Assembly: GCA_020536535.1 (NCBI GenBank)
Contig: JAHLWZ010000231.1
Location: forward strand, 1-64,000
Direction: 5' to 3'
DNA: 64,000 bases
Source of the DNA: Pelomyxa schiedti
Lineage: Eukaryota; Protista; Evosea
Shown: positions 10,674-22,700 of the stretch, one piece after another
Layout of the letters: each line of letters opens with the position of its first letter
How positions within the stretch are numbered: position 1 is the first letter of the stretch
Translations under genes and position numbers: made by a program
Notes under the pieces: generated by a model
Told to the model about the DNA's origin: nothing
Seen by the model: only the letters and a program-made list of their open reading frames with translations
Database searches by the model: none

Positions 10674-12866
10674 TGGCAAAAAGTGTGGGTCCGGATGGCT
10701 TTTCTGGGGTGGATTGGGGGGGTGCAGGCTTTGGAGTTGGTGTTGCCTGAGGTGTTCTTGTAGTAGGGGGAGGTTTCGATCCCCGAGCGGCAGTGCCTGT
10801 TATTGACTGCTTGCCTGTTGTCGCTTGTTTAGGAATAGATGGAGGTCCGGGTTTTGTTGAAGCTGGTGCTTTGGTATTTTGAGGCTGGGCTTTGGGGGGA
10901 ACAGGTTTCTTTACAGTAGCTCCAAGAGTTTGGGCTTGTGCTACAGACTTGGTTGATCGAGGAGGTGATTTGGGTACACTAGGTTTCACTGAGGAAGGCA
11001 ATTTTGCCTCGGCTTTGGGGTTTGGAGTTTTGGTACCAGAAGGAGTGCTTAATTTAGGAGCAGGAGGAATTTCGGATTGTGTCTTGGTCCCCGCTTTAGC
11101 TGGCGGGATAGTGGTCTTTTCTTGTTGTTTTAGTTGCTCTGGAGACTTAGAATCGGTTTCTGGTGATAATGGTTTTGAGTTCAAAGTATTTTCGTTCTCG
11201 TGTTCACTCTTGTTTGCATCGCTCTTTTCTGGTTGACCATCAGTGGGTACTTGGTCGTGCCCCTCTTCTTCATGGTTACTTGGAGGGTTGGCACTGCTTG
11301 TTGCTGAAAGTTCCACGTTTGCATGCTGTTCTGTTGATGCCTCAGCCGTGTCGTCAGCGGTTGGCTCCTCAGTTGTGTTGGTGGTTTCAGTGCCTGTTTC
11401 ACCTGTGCCATGGGAAGACTTTGTGTGTTTGTGTTTTTTTTGGTCCTGACCACTACTCTTGTGGTGAGAACTACGATGTTTATGCTTATGGTCATGCTTG
11501 TGTTTACCAGTACTACTGTGCTTGCTTTCTTTTTTACTGGAACCGTGTTTTTGCTTATGTGAGTGCCTGTGATTATCTTTTTCTTGCTGTTTCTGCTCGT
11601 CATCCCCATCTACCTGGGTAGACAGAGAGTTGGTTTCTGTGTGGCTTTCAGTCTGTGGATGAGCGTCTGAATCCCCTACATCAACCTTTGATTTCTTTGG
11701 TGAGGGTGATTGAGGCTCTGTGTCACCCACTTCTTGGGGTTTACTTTGTTGAGATTCATCGGTTTTGGTTTCCCCTCCAGCTGCAATCCGGCGTCGTTTT
11801 GGCACATGTGGGGCTGGTGCTGCATTAACAGAATCTGTTGGGTTCCGCTTTCTTGCAGAAGCATCAGAGGCTGCGCTTGATGTACTTTGTGTGGTGGAGA
11901 CAGGCTTTCCACTTTTTGTATTGGATGTATGGTGAGTGTTTTTGGAACTGCTTTCAGTCTTTTTTTTTGGAACACTTGAGGTTGTTGTGGAAGTGGAGGC
12001 ACTGCTTCCAGATTTGGAAGACTTCCCCTTTTTTTTCGAACCTGCTTCCCACTGTTGACGACTGAGGCCACAAAATTCGAGGGCTTCTTGAAGGGCCTTG
12101 TCCCACCCAGGGTACTTATTTTGGGCCACATACAGATCTTCAAAGCGGGTAAGTTGTTCAGAGTTTACCCAGGCACTTGGAAGAAGTAAGCAACATCTTT
12201 TGCAAAGAGGAAGGTACTAATCTTTCGAGCCAAAGAAATGTACAAGGATTTCCTCATTATTTCTTTCATGCTTCACATTTTCAGGTGCCTCCTCAGGATC
12301 AAAAATCTGCTGTCGATGAGAATAACAAAGGCTAAAAGCAAAGATACCGTTGCAGGCCAAACAGGGAAGGTTTCTATTTGAGCCCATACAGGTTCTTGTA
12401 CAGAAAAACCGCCAAAAGTCTTTGCCTTTTCATTTACCCAGCCGTGCACCTTTTTTCAAGCACTTAGAGGAAGGCCCTTCTTTGTTTAAAAAAAACCTTG
12501 GGATCTTCAACAAAGGGCCTTCTTCCTGTTATAATTGAACTGGTTTCCTCGAATTCATCTAAGGTTACTGTTAATTCAGAATGTTGGTAGGGGTAGAAAA
12601 AGTGGCACCATATAGTACGGAACGGGCGTCGTGGAAATGAATGAACACCAGTCTAGCGTGCCTGTGCTTTGGCTTTGTCTTCCTATTGTTTCGCGTTCTG
12701 TTTTCCTTAAACTGTGCTAGTATATCCGTCGTTGCGCCCTCTTTTTCAGGAACAACATCCGGCTCCTTTCGCTCACCATGTTCTTCCTCAACGTCGCTTT
12801 TTTGTTCCTCATGGGACGACGTCGTTGTACCTAGACAGCATCACAACGCACGTGAAAAAGACTCAT
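10674..12866 (-). CDS. PWWP-domain chromatin protein (3' part interrupted by the gap)
   Basis: Spliced exons give FSVQEPVWAQIETFPVWPAT|..IFDPEEAP...ILVHFFGSKD|.AWVNSEQLTRFE...WDKALQEALEF, followed by a long K/S/H/P-rich tail. Probable ATG at 12866 with a 32-nt first intron. Confidence 0.8.
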
Positions 12867-13294
12867 TAAAAAAAAAAAAAAAACGGGAAAAAAAGTAACG
12901 CGGCATATAGTACTATTAGTATCAGTGTTACGTTACGAACTTGTTGCGTTGGTGTCGGACATATTTGCACCAGATCTGCGGCCTGTGGCCGGTGTGGTTT
13001 TTAAACAAACCCTTTTTTCCCCTTTTGCGATTTAAAGAACCAAAAAACAAGGCGAATCTATCTATTTTTGGTTCATTCGTGGTAGAGCAAGAGTCCAAGC
13101 AAGTAGGTTAAAGAAAAGGTGGATTTAGTTGTTATAACTGAGTTTTGGATACAAACGCGCAGTTCAATTGAAATAGTAATGTGCATGTACAACTAGACTG
13201 AGAAGGGTAATGAAGGGACCCTTCCATACATCACCAGAAGTTCAGAATCACAGTAAGAACCCAGTACAGAAATTTAACAAACAACACAAAAGCT

Positions 13295-14332
13295 TCAAGA
13301 CAAGGAAGGAGGGTGTGTGCACTTCCCACTGAAGTCCACTGACCCACAGCAGCTCCAGTGTGCTGCACCGCCCTTGTGCATGCAGCCACCCCCGCACGAC
13401 CCACAGTAGCACACGCCAGAAGAAGTAGTTTCCAGGCACTTTGACTTCCAGCAGGCAGCGTGCCAGAACCCAGTGTGCGACTCATTGCACCCTGCACTGA
13501 AGCACTCTGCCATGCAGCATGACCAGTGCCCACTCCTGTTCTTTCCGCTGTAGCCACATGAAACGCCGCCATCAAGTGGTCGGCAGGATTCGCAGGAGCA
13601 GTGGATGTCACCGAACCTTGGGTCTGTGCAGGGGTGGTGCCACTGCCCAACATGCAGAGTCAATGGTTTGAGAGTGGTTGCAACACCATACATGTCCCTA
13701 AGCGCGTTGATGTCGCCGGCAGAAAAGCTGCGGCTCTTGAGTTGCGCAATAGCAGAGCTCTCGCTGGATATCTTGCTTGTCCACCCTGTTCCATGTCCAT
13801 AATGCATGATCGAGTTGTAATCACACTTCCTTGTTTTCCGGCCAGCAGAACCATTGCGTTCCATGGAATTCGAGCCACAGCCAACGTGCCTGGTGTCTCC
13901 GTCTTCCCTCGCGGCCTCGCACTGAAGCCCAACTGCATGGCACATTTCGTGCAGAACACACGTGAATTTGAGCTGATCCCCGGGGGCAAACAGCCACCCA
14001 CAATCCGTTCTGGGGTACCTCTCAGGCAACTCCACGTCCACTCCCCGGCTGCCGCCGCCGCCACGGCAGCACCTCGGGCTCGTGCCTTCCTCGCCAAGCC
14101 TGAACCTCACGTAGTAGATTGGTTCCCCGGTCCACGGCAGCCACTGGACCCCGACGTTGTTCCTTGCGAATTCGTTGACGCCGTGCTGAATGTGGGACCG
14201 CAGGTGACTGGACTCTGGTATGCTCTCATCAACAACGTAAGGGACGACGCCTCCTCCTGGCCACGCTCCTTCGCGGTCACTGTTAATCGATGCTCCTCCA
14301 GGCTGCCTATCATATGTCTCTGTGTTGCCCAT
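13295..14332 (-). CDS. Astacin-family (M12A) metalloprotease-like protein with two C-terminal Cys/His-rich repeats; intronless
   Basis: WPGGGVVPY, HEMCHAVGLQCEAAREDGD, Met-turn DYNSIMHYG, FSAGDINALRDMY. Two H-x-G-x-W-H..C..CxCxxC..HWSCC modules. Starts MGNTET. Confidence 0.85.
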   Translation of the reverse strand: MGNTETYDRQPGGASINSDREGAWPGGGVVPYVVDESIPESSHLRSHIQHGVNEFARNNVGVQWLPWTGEPIYYVRFRLGEEGTSPRCCRGGGGSRGVDVELPERYPRTDCGWLFAPGDQLKFTCVLHEMCHAVGLQCEAAREDGDTRHVGCGSNSMERNGSAGRKTRKCDYNSIMHYGHGTGWTSKISSESSAIAQLKSRSFSAGDINALRDMYGVATTLKPLTLHVGQWHHPCTDPRFGDIHCSCESCRPLDGGVSCGYSGKNRSGHWSCCMAECFSAGCNESHTGFWHAACWKSKCLETTSSGVCYCGSCGGGCMHKGGAAHWSCCGSVDFSGKCTHPPSLS

Positions 14333-14401
14333 CTTTTCGGTTTTTGTGGACTTTTGTTTTTTGATGATCAACTTTTTACACTAACACATTCAGGTGCTCA
14401 T

Positions 14402-15748
14402 TCAGGAGCAGGATGAGAAGCAGGAGAAAACTGCAAGAGTAAGTTTGACTGGATAGAACAGAACGAGTTTGAGTGTGAGGCACTTGAACCCAGTTGTTGG
14501 CTCAATCACATCAATCGCGTTGTTCCAGGCAATGAACACGAACCCAGAGTGAGCCATGGAGCTCCTCGCTACGACACTCTGTCTATCGTGTGACTTGCGG
14601 TTGCCTTTGATCTTAAGTGAAGGGTGCACAACCTCCAGTGGTCGGGCTGGGCTGTCGCGGTGATACAGATTGAACCACTCCAGGTCAGTGTTTGTGCGGT
14701 AGGACACACAGAACAGTGAGTCCGACACACGGAACGCATCGACCACGTGGCGCTTGATTGATGTGGAAGCTGCTGTGCATTCTTGCACATGGAATGCCTC
14801 GTATGTTGGGAACGCTTTGCGGGTTGGCATATTGCGCCGAGTCTTCACGATGAAGGTTCGTGACCCGTGGCGATCAGGGGAACAGCTGTCCCAGTTCCTC
14901 ATCACCACAAGAGATTCAACTGAGTAGTGATCTGGGAATTCACACCTTGTGGTGCTGAGCACAGCAAGGCTCTTGCTGCGGTGTGTCTCCGCGACGTCAA
15001 CAATCAGGATCACCATCTTGTTACATGATGACTGAGTTAGAGCCACCTCACTGCAAACAGAATGGTCAGGATAAATGCGGATCCCATCAGGCTCCGTGAA
15101 CTGCGGCACCTCCACATGAACCAACCGCCGCTCCTCCTCCTCGTGCCCGCGGAGGGGTGCTGATCTCAGTGGTGCAACAGCAAGTGTCACATGTGGGCGC
15201 CTGCTGGCCTGTAAAACCGCTGTGACGGACCAGTCCGGGGGACATAGCAGGTTGACATGTGCAGCGCCCAGCGGAACTCTGGCCACCGGCACCTGCAGGT
15301 ACGTGCGCGTGTCTCTTGTGGCCAGCACCCAGTCCCCCGCCGAAGGCCCGCCGGCCGGGTTCCTCCTCACCGTGACGGCGCTGTCGCTGCCCACTGGTGT
15401 GGGACGGACCCAAGAGAAAGCCAAGGAAGGGGAGGGGTCCGGGGGGCTGCCCGGGACGGCGCCCAGGAGCAGCGGGGAGACTGTGACCGCGAGGCTGAAG
15501 GGGAAGTGCTCGGTGAAGGCGTCGAGCCGGAGGGTGCGGAGGGTGGGGCGCACCAGGTCGCGCCACAGCGAGCCGACCAGCCAGGCGGCGGGGCCGTGGC
15601 CCATGGCCAGCACCATGGGGCAGCGGGCCCCGCACCGAGGGATCGTGGCTCCTGCGGCCACGGCGCCGAGCTGGGCCCGCGTGGTTGTGGTTGCTGTCAC
15701 ACGCGCGACGCAGCTACTGCAGGCTCCTGTGATGGACCACCACGCCAT
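14402..15748 (-). CDS. Hypothetical protein of a lineage-expanded family (N-terminal 'Q..A..A...PRCGARxP...LWRD.V' motif); intronless
   Basis: 448-aa ATG-initiated ORF. I recall this motif from the many Pelomyxa hypothetical proteins (not verified by search). Confidence 0.65.
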   Translation of the reverse strand: MAWWSITGACSSCVARVTATTTTRAQLGAVAAGATIPRCGARCPMVLAMGHGPAAWLVGSLWRDLVRPTLRTLRLDAFTEHFPFSLAVTVSPLLLGAVPGSPPDPSPSLAFSWVRPTPVGSDSAVTVRRNPAGGPSAGDWVLATRDTRTYLQVPVARVPLGAAHVNLLCPPDWSVTAVLQASRRPHVTLAVAPLRSAPLRGHEEEERRLVHVEVPQFTEPDGIRIYPDHSVCSEVALTQSSCNKMVILIVDVAETHRSKSLAVLSTTRCEFPDHYSVESLVVMRNWDSCSPDRHGSRTFIVKTRRNMPTRKAFPTYEAFHVQECTAASTSIKRHVVDAFRVSDSLFCVSYRTNTDLEWFNLYHRDSPARPLEVVHPSLKIKGNRKSHDRQSVVARSSMAHSGFVFIAWNNAIDVIEPTTGFKCLTLKLVLFYPVKLTLAVFSCFSSCS

Positions 15749-16122
15749 GAAACGAGCTGCTTATTTTCGGAACAACTGCTTGGTTGGACTCTTAGAGAAC
15801 AAGATCTAGTGTCAAGAAATAAACAAGGAACAATGATTCAGGTACTTCGAAAAGGTACATGTCCACAAAATCGGAATTGAGGCAGCGTTCTGGCATCACC
15901 CTTACTGGTGCGATCAGTTAGGAAACTACGATGCAGACTTTTGTTCTGGGCAAATACATTCAGAAATGAGCACAGGAGCCTTCTCTGCATGGAAGGAAGC
16001 CAGCGCGCTTCCCGCCTGTTTCCGGCTTACGACGTTTTGACGAACTCCACATGCGAACCTTCCCGGAATCACGTTACGTTACTTTCCGGAAGTTACACCA
16101 CATCAATAAAAAGAAAAAAACG

Positions 16123-19100
16123 ATGCGCGAATTGAACGCCCTGTGCATAGTCGTTGGTTTGTTGTTTTTGTGCGGGCACTCTCGCTGTATAGTGAGCCAA
16201 AAGCGCGACATTTCAGATCTGACTGGTTTGTGATAGTTTCACTTTTTGTAATTTGTTGGTTATTGAAATTTCCCCCTACTGAGTACCCTTAGAGTGCAGA
16301 TGCAACTCCACCTTTATTGGTGATGGTATGTATGAAGGAGAAAAACCCAGTGTTTCAACTGTGTTGTAGTATTATACATTTATGAATGTGCAGGTGTGTG
16401 TGATGTCTATTGCTACGTCTCAGAATGCAACTACGACGACGGAGACTGTGAGCGTGTGTCAACTTTGTGCTGATTTCGCTGTGATTCACCCGTTTTATTT
16501 TTTCCTAAAGAGGAGTGCGCTCCTGGCTGTACAATGCTGATGTTGGGGAATAGAATTTGTGAACCAGTGTGCAATAATACCCCTTGTAGAACGGATGGGG
16601 GAGACTGTTGTATGGCCTTTCATTTCTCCAGAAATGAAGTAAACATCCCCCTTAGACTGTGCTCCTGGTTGCCAACCAGACTGGCTTGGTGACCAATTTT
16701 GTGATTACCAATGCAACAATTCTCAATGCAACTATGATAACCAGGATTGCAGTATGTGCAAAAAGGCATTTTCCATTCTCTGATTTACTTTAGCCTGTGG
16801 AATTCTGGGGGTATGTCAAGGTGGAGCCTCATTTTTCCTCTTCCTCTGGTTACAGTGCTTTTAGATTCGACTGATGATTCAGTAGACTTAGTTTTAATTG
16901 GTGCCCTTGTTGGAGTTATCGGTTCCTCTTTTCTTGCAGCAATCGCAGGTATTGGATTTTTGGTTTACAGAATAAGGTATTCACTCTCTCTGCAACCATC
17001 CATTCACCGAAGCAGAAAAAGGGGCTCACAAGAGATACCATTAAACATCCTTGAATATGGATTTGACATGAAAATTTTGAGGTACCATCTAGAAACTTTA
17101 TTTTAATGACACTCTCAAGGACCGCAACATACAAAGATTTCTGCATGAAAGTACTGTCATCATAATAATACTCTTTTTTTTTTAAGGTCGTTGGATCACA
17201 GGTTACCCCAAAAAATGGGCTCACATTTAATCTTGGTGGACACCAAGCCCCTGTAGAAACACCCCTTAAAGATGTGCTTAAACTTCGGAATCGGAGAAGA
17301 CACAAGGTCCATTGGGCAATACACAGCGAATCTTCCCCCAAATTTACTTTCGAGTTCAGTCCCTTGTTTGGATCCCTTGAAATAGTAGGCTTCTTTTTCC
17401 TTGTATATCTATTCTGACGAGAATGTTTTAATAGGGGTATGAAGTGGAAATTGAAGTCACACTTACAATCCACTGTACCACTAAGATAGATACCAACATT
17501 TTAGTTGTGAGTAGTAAAGGTAGTGCAGTGTTTTGTGACCTGTGGATCTTTATCGCTCACATTTTATTTAGAGGAGGGTGAACACTCAACATTGACTCCA
17601 TCTGTGTGTAATAAATTTCTGTTCCGTGAATAATGTAAGTGCTTTAGGTTTATTTCCCGATGCACTTACAAATAGAGTCTATGTTATCAACCTCTATTGA
17701 CAGCGACGAGTTACAGGTTTGATTCTATAAGTCCTCATGTCATAATAGCCTTTAGCTACAAACTGCGGAAATTGGAGAAGGATCCTTTGGAGTGGTTTTC
17801 AGGTTTCATTTTCCCTTCACCGTTTGCCTGCTGATTTTTCGTTCTTTAGAGGTTTTTGGTATTTAGAACTTTTCGTCAGGTGGTAACTCAGGTAACTAAT
17901 CTTCTTCAAGGAGAGGACAAGAAGTTGCTGTGAAGCGATTAAAGGTCATTTAGCTCTCCCCATACAACCCAGTGACCCTCTCCAAAAAGAAACAAGAAGG
18001 AAAAACCACAATTGAAGAGTTCACACAGGAAATGAAAACGCTGGAATCTGGTTAGCATAAATAAAAGTGCTACTGTAAAATTAACAGCTACAGTCAGGTG
18101 TCCACAGGTTTATAGGAGTACAATCTTTCTCCTTTTACCTCTTCCTCAGATTATCCATTACTTTGGCTCAGTGAGGCAGAAAGGGAAACTTGCCTTAGTC
18201 ACAGTCAGTGAACTCCTCTCTCATTGTGCTTCTCACCTCTTTGAAGGAATTTATGCCTCTGGGAAATATGACTTCCTGCATCAAGAGTCATCCGTTTTCA
18301 CTTCACCTCAAACTAAAGTGTCTTATGGATTGCTCCAAAGGTGCTTTCATTTATTCCTTTACTCACATGGTATTATTCACTTTGAATGAAGGAATGACAT
18401 TCTTACACAACTCGAATTTACTTCATAGAGACTTGAAACGTAATTTTTTTCATTTTTGAATACAACTGACCTACCAAATATAAACCAAACCTCAGCTGAC
18501 AACCTCCTTGTATGTCATTTGCTTATCTGCTATTATTACTCAATTTACTCGAGATGTGCTCACTCGATGTTCTTGCTCCTGTCAGTTGCAAGCTCACTGG
18601 TAAGAAGTCTTTGTTTTTTAAATGGACTTAATAATACTAATGTAGACTTCGGAACAACAAGAGACATCGTTGCCACATCTAATCAAAACTTTACTGCTGG
18701 AGTACCACATCTTTACTTTACTTTCAATTCACTACTTTGCAGATCGGAACACCAGTTTACATGTCACCGGTACTCTCTTTTTCCGACTAATACTAGCAAT
18801 CTATTAATTACTCAGATTCGCTGCAGGAGCTTCTTACCTGCGGAAAGTACGGCACGGCATCTGACGTTTTCAGGTGTGGAGAATGGTATACGGCAACCTT
18901 TTTCTCACTTCCTTTGGTATAGTTTTGCTGTCTTGACATATTTCGTATTCACTGAACAAGAACCCTACTCTGGTCTCGACTTTGATACCTTGTGGAGTAC
19001 GAACTTCCACAATAAATAGAATCTAATACAATTAAATAGAAATCAGTGAGTTTGTTGTATCCGGCAAGGTAGTGCATTCCCTCAAGTATAATGAGCTAGT

Positions 19101-19620
19101 AAACGTTCCTACTGTAGAGATTACCACTACCCGAAACAATCCCAGAAGAACTCCGTTTTCTTATTGCCCAGTGCTGGCTCCAGGACGCAAACCAACGTCC
19201 AAGTCAGCCTCCCACCCATTTTCCGCTACGCTAATCACAACCCAAGGATTCCCCGATATAAGCCTCATTCTTGAGAAAATTCTGGAGAAACTACGGACTA
19301 AAGAGGACCGTAACTATCGGCCTGATCCCACAATGACCTTGTCACTCAGCTGTGCGCTACCCCGCAATTTCCATCACCATCAGAATATCCACCCTCCAAT
19401 TCCAATTCCAATAGAATCAGCCACATCAGGCTCAGATTCTACGCCCAGAGCAGATTCTACACCCAGAACGGTGACAACCACAACAACCTCAACCAGAGCC
19501 ACCCTCACATCCAACTACACAACACTCAACTCTAGCTCGTCGGCTTCCACCTCTGATGACAACACCAACAACAATTCAACAAACAATGGCCACCATCGTC
19601 GTGCTTCCGATAACGTTTGA
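16123..19620 (+). CDS. Transmembrane receptor kinase (TKL/TMK-like) with extracellular LNR (Lin12/Notch) repeats
   Basis: Signal peptide MRELNALCIVVGLLFLCG. Three LNR repeats (e.g. CAPGCQPDWLGDQFCDYQCNNSQCNYDNQDC). TM segment LVLIGALVGVIGSSFLAAIAGIGFLVY. Juxtamembrane Ig-like region. Kinase motifs IGEGSFGVVFRG, VAVKRLK, LHRDLK, DFGTTR. Many tiny introns. Confidence 0.9.
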
Positions 19621-19763
19621 ACGTGCTGTATGTAAATAGACACTAAGAGAATTTGGAATAGTTCTTTTTTTTTGTACATTTATGATGAAGGCTATTTACT
19701 GTATGCCGACATAGCATAACTACACAAGATTGGGGGGTGTTGTGGTTGTGGTTAGCAAGAGTT

Positions 19764-22700
19764 TTACAGCCGGATTTCGGCACTGGCAACTATTGGAATT
19801 GGTGTGCCTCCAGAGCCGGATGTGCTGGAGTGAGAAGAGCCTGTTTGTGATTGTGATGACTGGCTTGATGAACTGTTGCTGTACTCAGAATATGATGAAC
19901 CGGAGGCAGGGGAATTGGACCGGGACCTGGATTTGGGTTTGTGGGGTGGTGACTTGGTTGTACAGGGGGTTCCTGTGCCTTGTTTGTGTGATACCGTTGC
20001 TGTTGCTGTTGCTTGTGTTTGGGCTGGTGTTTGCGTTTGCGTTTGCGATGATTGGGCACGGGAAGGTGTTCCTGTGCTTGTTGATCCGGACCAACTTCCG
20101 GAGCTTGAGTGAGAGCCGCCGGAACTTGATTGGGATCCGGAGCCGGAGCCGGAGCCGGAATATTGGTGTGTGTGCGTTTGTGGTTGCGACTGTGCTTGTG
20201 TTTGTGGTGCGCTGGCTGTTTTGGGTAAGCTTGGCTCCTCCTGAGGCACTATGGTGGTGCATATTGTGATTGGGGACGCCGATGATGCCCGACAGGCTTG
20301 AATGTTGATGTCAGGTGGGGGCCTTATTGTAGGGGAGGGTGATGGTTCTACTTTCACAGCTGGTGATTCACTTCTTGGATTCAAGTTGACGGTAGGGATA
20401 GTGTTTGCACTGGAAGGATCCTCACTGGATGTTATTGGGCTTGGTGGTGGACTTGGCTTAACAGGGATACTTGGTTTCGTGCTGGGGGAAACAATGCACA
20501 CAGCTGATGCAGCAGGGGGAGTGCTTGTTTTATTTTTGATAATTGGTGTCGAAGAGATAATATTTGGGGAGGATGAGGATATGGGAGTGGGTGTGCGAAT
20601 TGGATTTACAATACAAGAAGATGACAGTGACCGGGGATTAGTACTGAGCTTCTGATTTAAACGAGCAAAAGCTCCAAGCCACATTTGGCATGTGTAAGCC
20701 AGTTTCGCTTTTAAAACAAGAGAAATCTTTTCTCCCGAGCTAGAATACGACAGTTTTAACTGGAATGCATCATCGGGATCCCCACACAGTTGGAGACCTT
20801 GGAAGGGTATTTGCTGAAGAATTTCCCGGTTGTTCCGCTTAACACCAGAAATGACTAGCTTGGTGGTTGTCAATGTGCAAATGAGTGGCTTGTACTTGAT
20901 AGAGTTGCAGGTGAAGCAACTTTGAATCAGGGGAGTTGGTGAAGAGTCGTATAATTCAAGAGGCAAATCGTGTATTTGGGTAAAAAGATGGATAAGTAAC
21001 TCCCTTTTTTTGTCATAATTGGAAAAAAGTGTAAAAATGGCAGGAAAAGTATAATGAAATTGTCACGCACTGTTTGAGCTCCGGCATATCCTCACACATG
21101 CTTAGAACCCACTTTTTCATGGGTGTGGGCTTAGCCTAGAAAGTTTAGGTGTGATTTAACAAGGTATAACGTACTTGGGGATTGTGGAGGGCGGTATTGG
21201 CATAGATGCACCCAAATGCAAGTTTGGCAACATATTCCCAGTTAGGGAATAGAGGAACATCCGTACTCGCCTGGCTGTTGTGCATTGAGAACCATACATC
21301 CCCAAAAGCATCAGTCACTGAACAAATTTTTTGTCCTTCCACTGGTAAATTGAATTGTCGCAGAAACATCCTCAGAGAATTCTCGAAGTCATATAGGCTA
21401 AAATCGAGAAGAGCAGTGTAGTTTTTTAGAAGTGGGAGATTTTGCTTGTTTCCAAGGAAGTCACCAACAACAGTTGGGTTAAGTTGTTGTTGCTGGAAGC
21501 GCAGAAATTGCGCAACAAAAGGAAGAGGATCTGTGTTGCCCGATTTTGAAGTTGGTGTGAAGTAGTGTTCTACCAAGAAGTTCGTAGCTAGCTGAGGGTT
21601 TTTGTTGAAGATCCCAATAAGTTGATCGATGGTTGGTTTAGCTGTCAAAGGGGTGGAGGAAGGCACATTAACAACAGAGGAAGACGCGGCCAGTGGAATG
21701 AGGGTGACAACGGAGGAACTGGGGTTGGTGGAGGGATTTTGGATTGGTGACGAGGTGACATTTGTGGAAGATGACGTGGCTGTTGAGGTTGTGGTTGTTA
21801 ACGTAGGTATTTGCGCCGCGGAGGAGCTATTATTGCTAGAGTTAGCTGTGAGGGTGGCGCCAGTACTGTTTGGAGTGTTTGCAGTCACAGGTTTCATTGA
21901 ATCAACAGGGCACACATAATCTGGAAGATCGCAGTTTGTGTGAGTACATGTATTGCATTCTGAGATGGAACGTTAATGAAATCAGAAAGGTGTGGAGAAA
22001 GTACCTGCACAGATTCGGAACTCCTTTCCAGTAGGAATGGGATCTTTGCAAGCCGCACAATAATGATGTGGAGTTGCTTTTTGGGCAGTAAATTTGTGCA
22101 ATTTTATTCCTGAATCCCAGATGTAGACTTGATTGTTGCTGTGTGCTGTGTGGGTTCAATAAAAAGAACCACAGAGAAAGGAAATTGGGGCATACTGGTC
22201 CAAATGCCGAGTGTTGTTATTCTGGGAACCAGAAGCGATGATGTGATCTCTTCCCCAATTTTGATAGTTTTCGTGCAAGTGTGTGACTTGGAAATGTGAT
22301 TACATTAGTTGGAGTAACACAAATTACTTTAGCATCCCAGACTCTGAACGTTTCACTGGAGAAACCCCAGACGAATCCGCCGTAGCTAAGTAAAGAGCGA
22401 ATATTTGGTACTGGGAAGGTGACAACAGGTTCGTCTTGGCTCTTTTTTTGGGTTGGTTTGTTTGTGTACTTGTTTGCGGTTTGAATTTGACGCACATCTG
22501 GATTGAGAATAGAAATGGCATTGTTTGAGTGTGCCACCCATACATCATTGATGGACTCGTGAATAATATTCATCCAGAGGATAGAGGTAATACGGCATTT
22601 TTGGAAGGGTGATGGTTGCACTTTCTTCTCTTTCTATAAAAATGTTCCTCGTTATATTTAATCAAGTAGACGCGTAAATACCTTGTTGAGAATGTGAATT

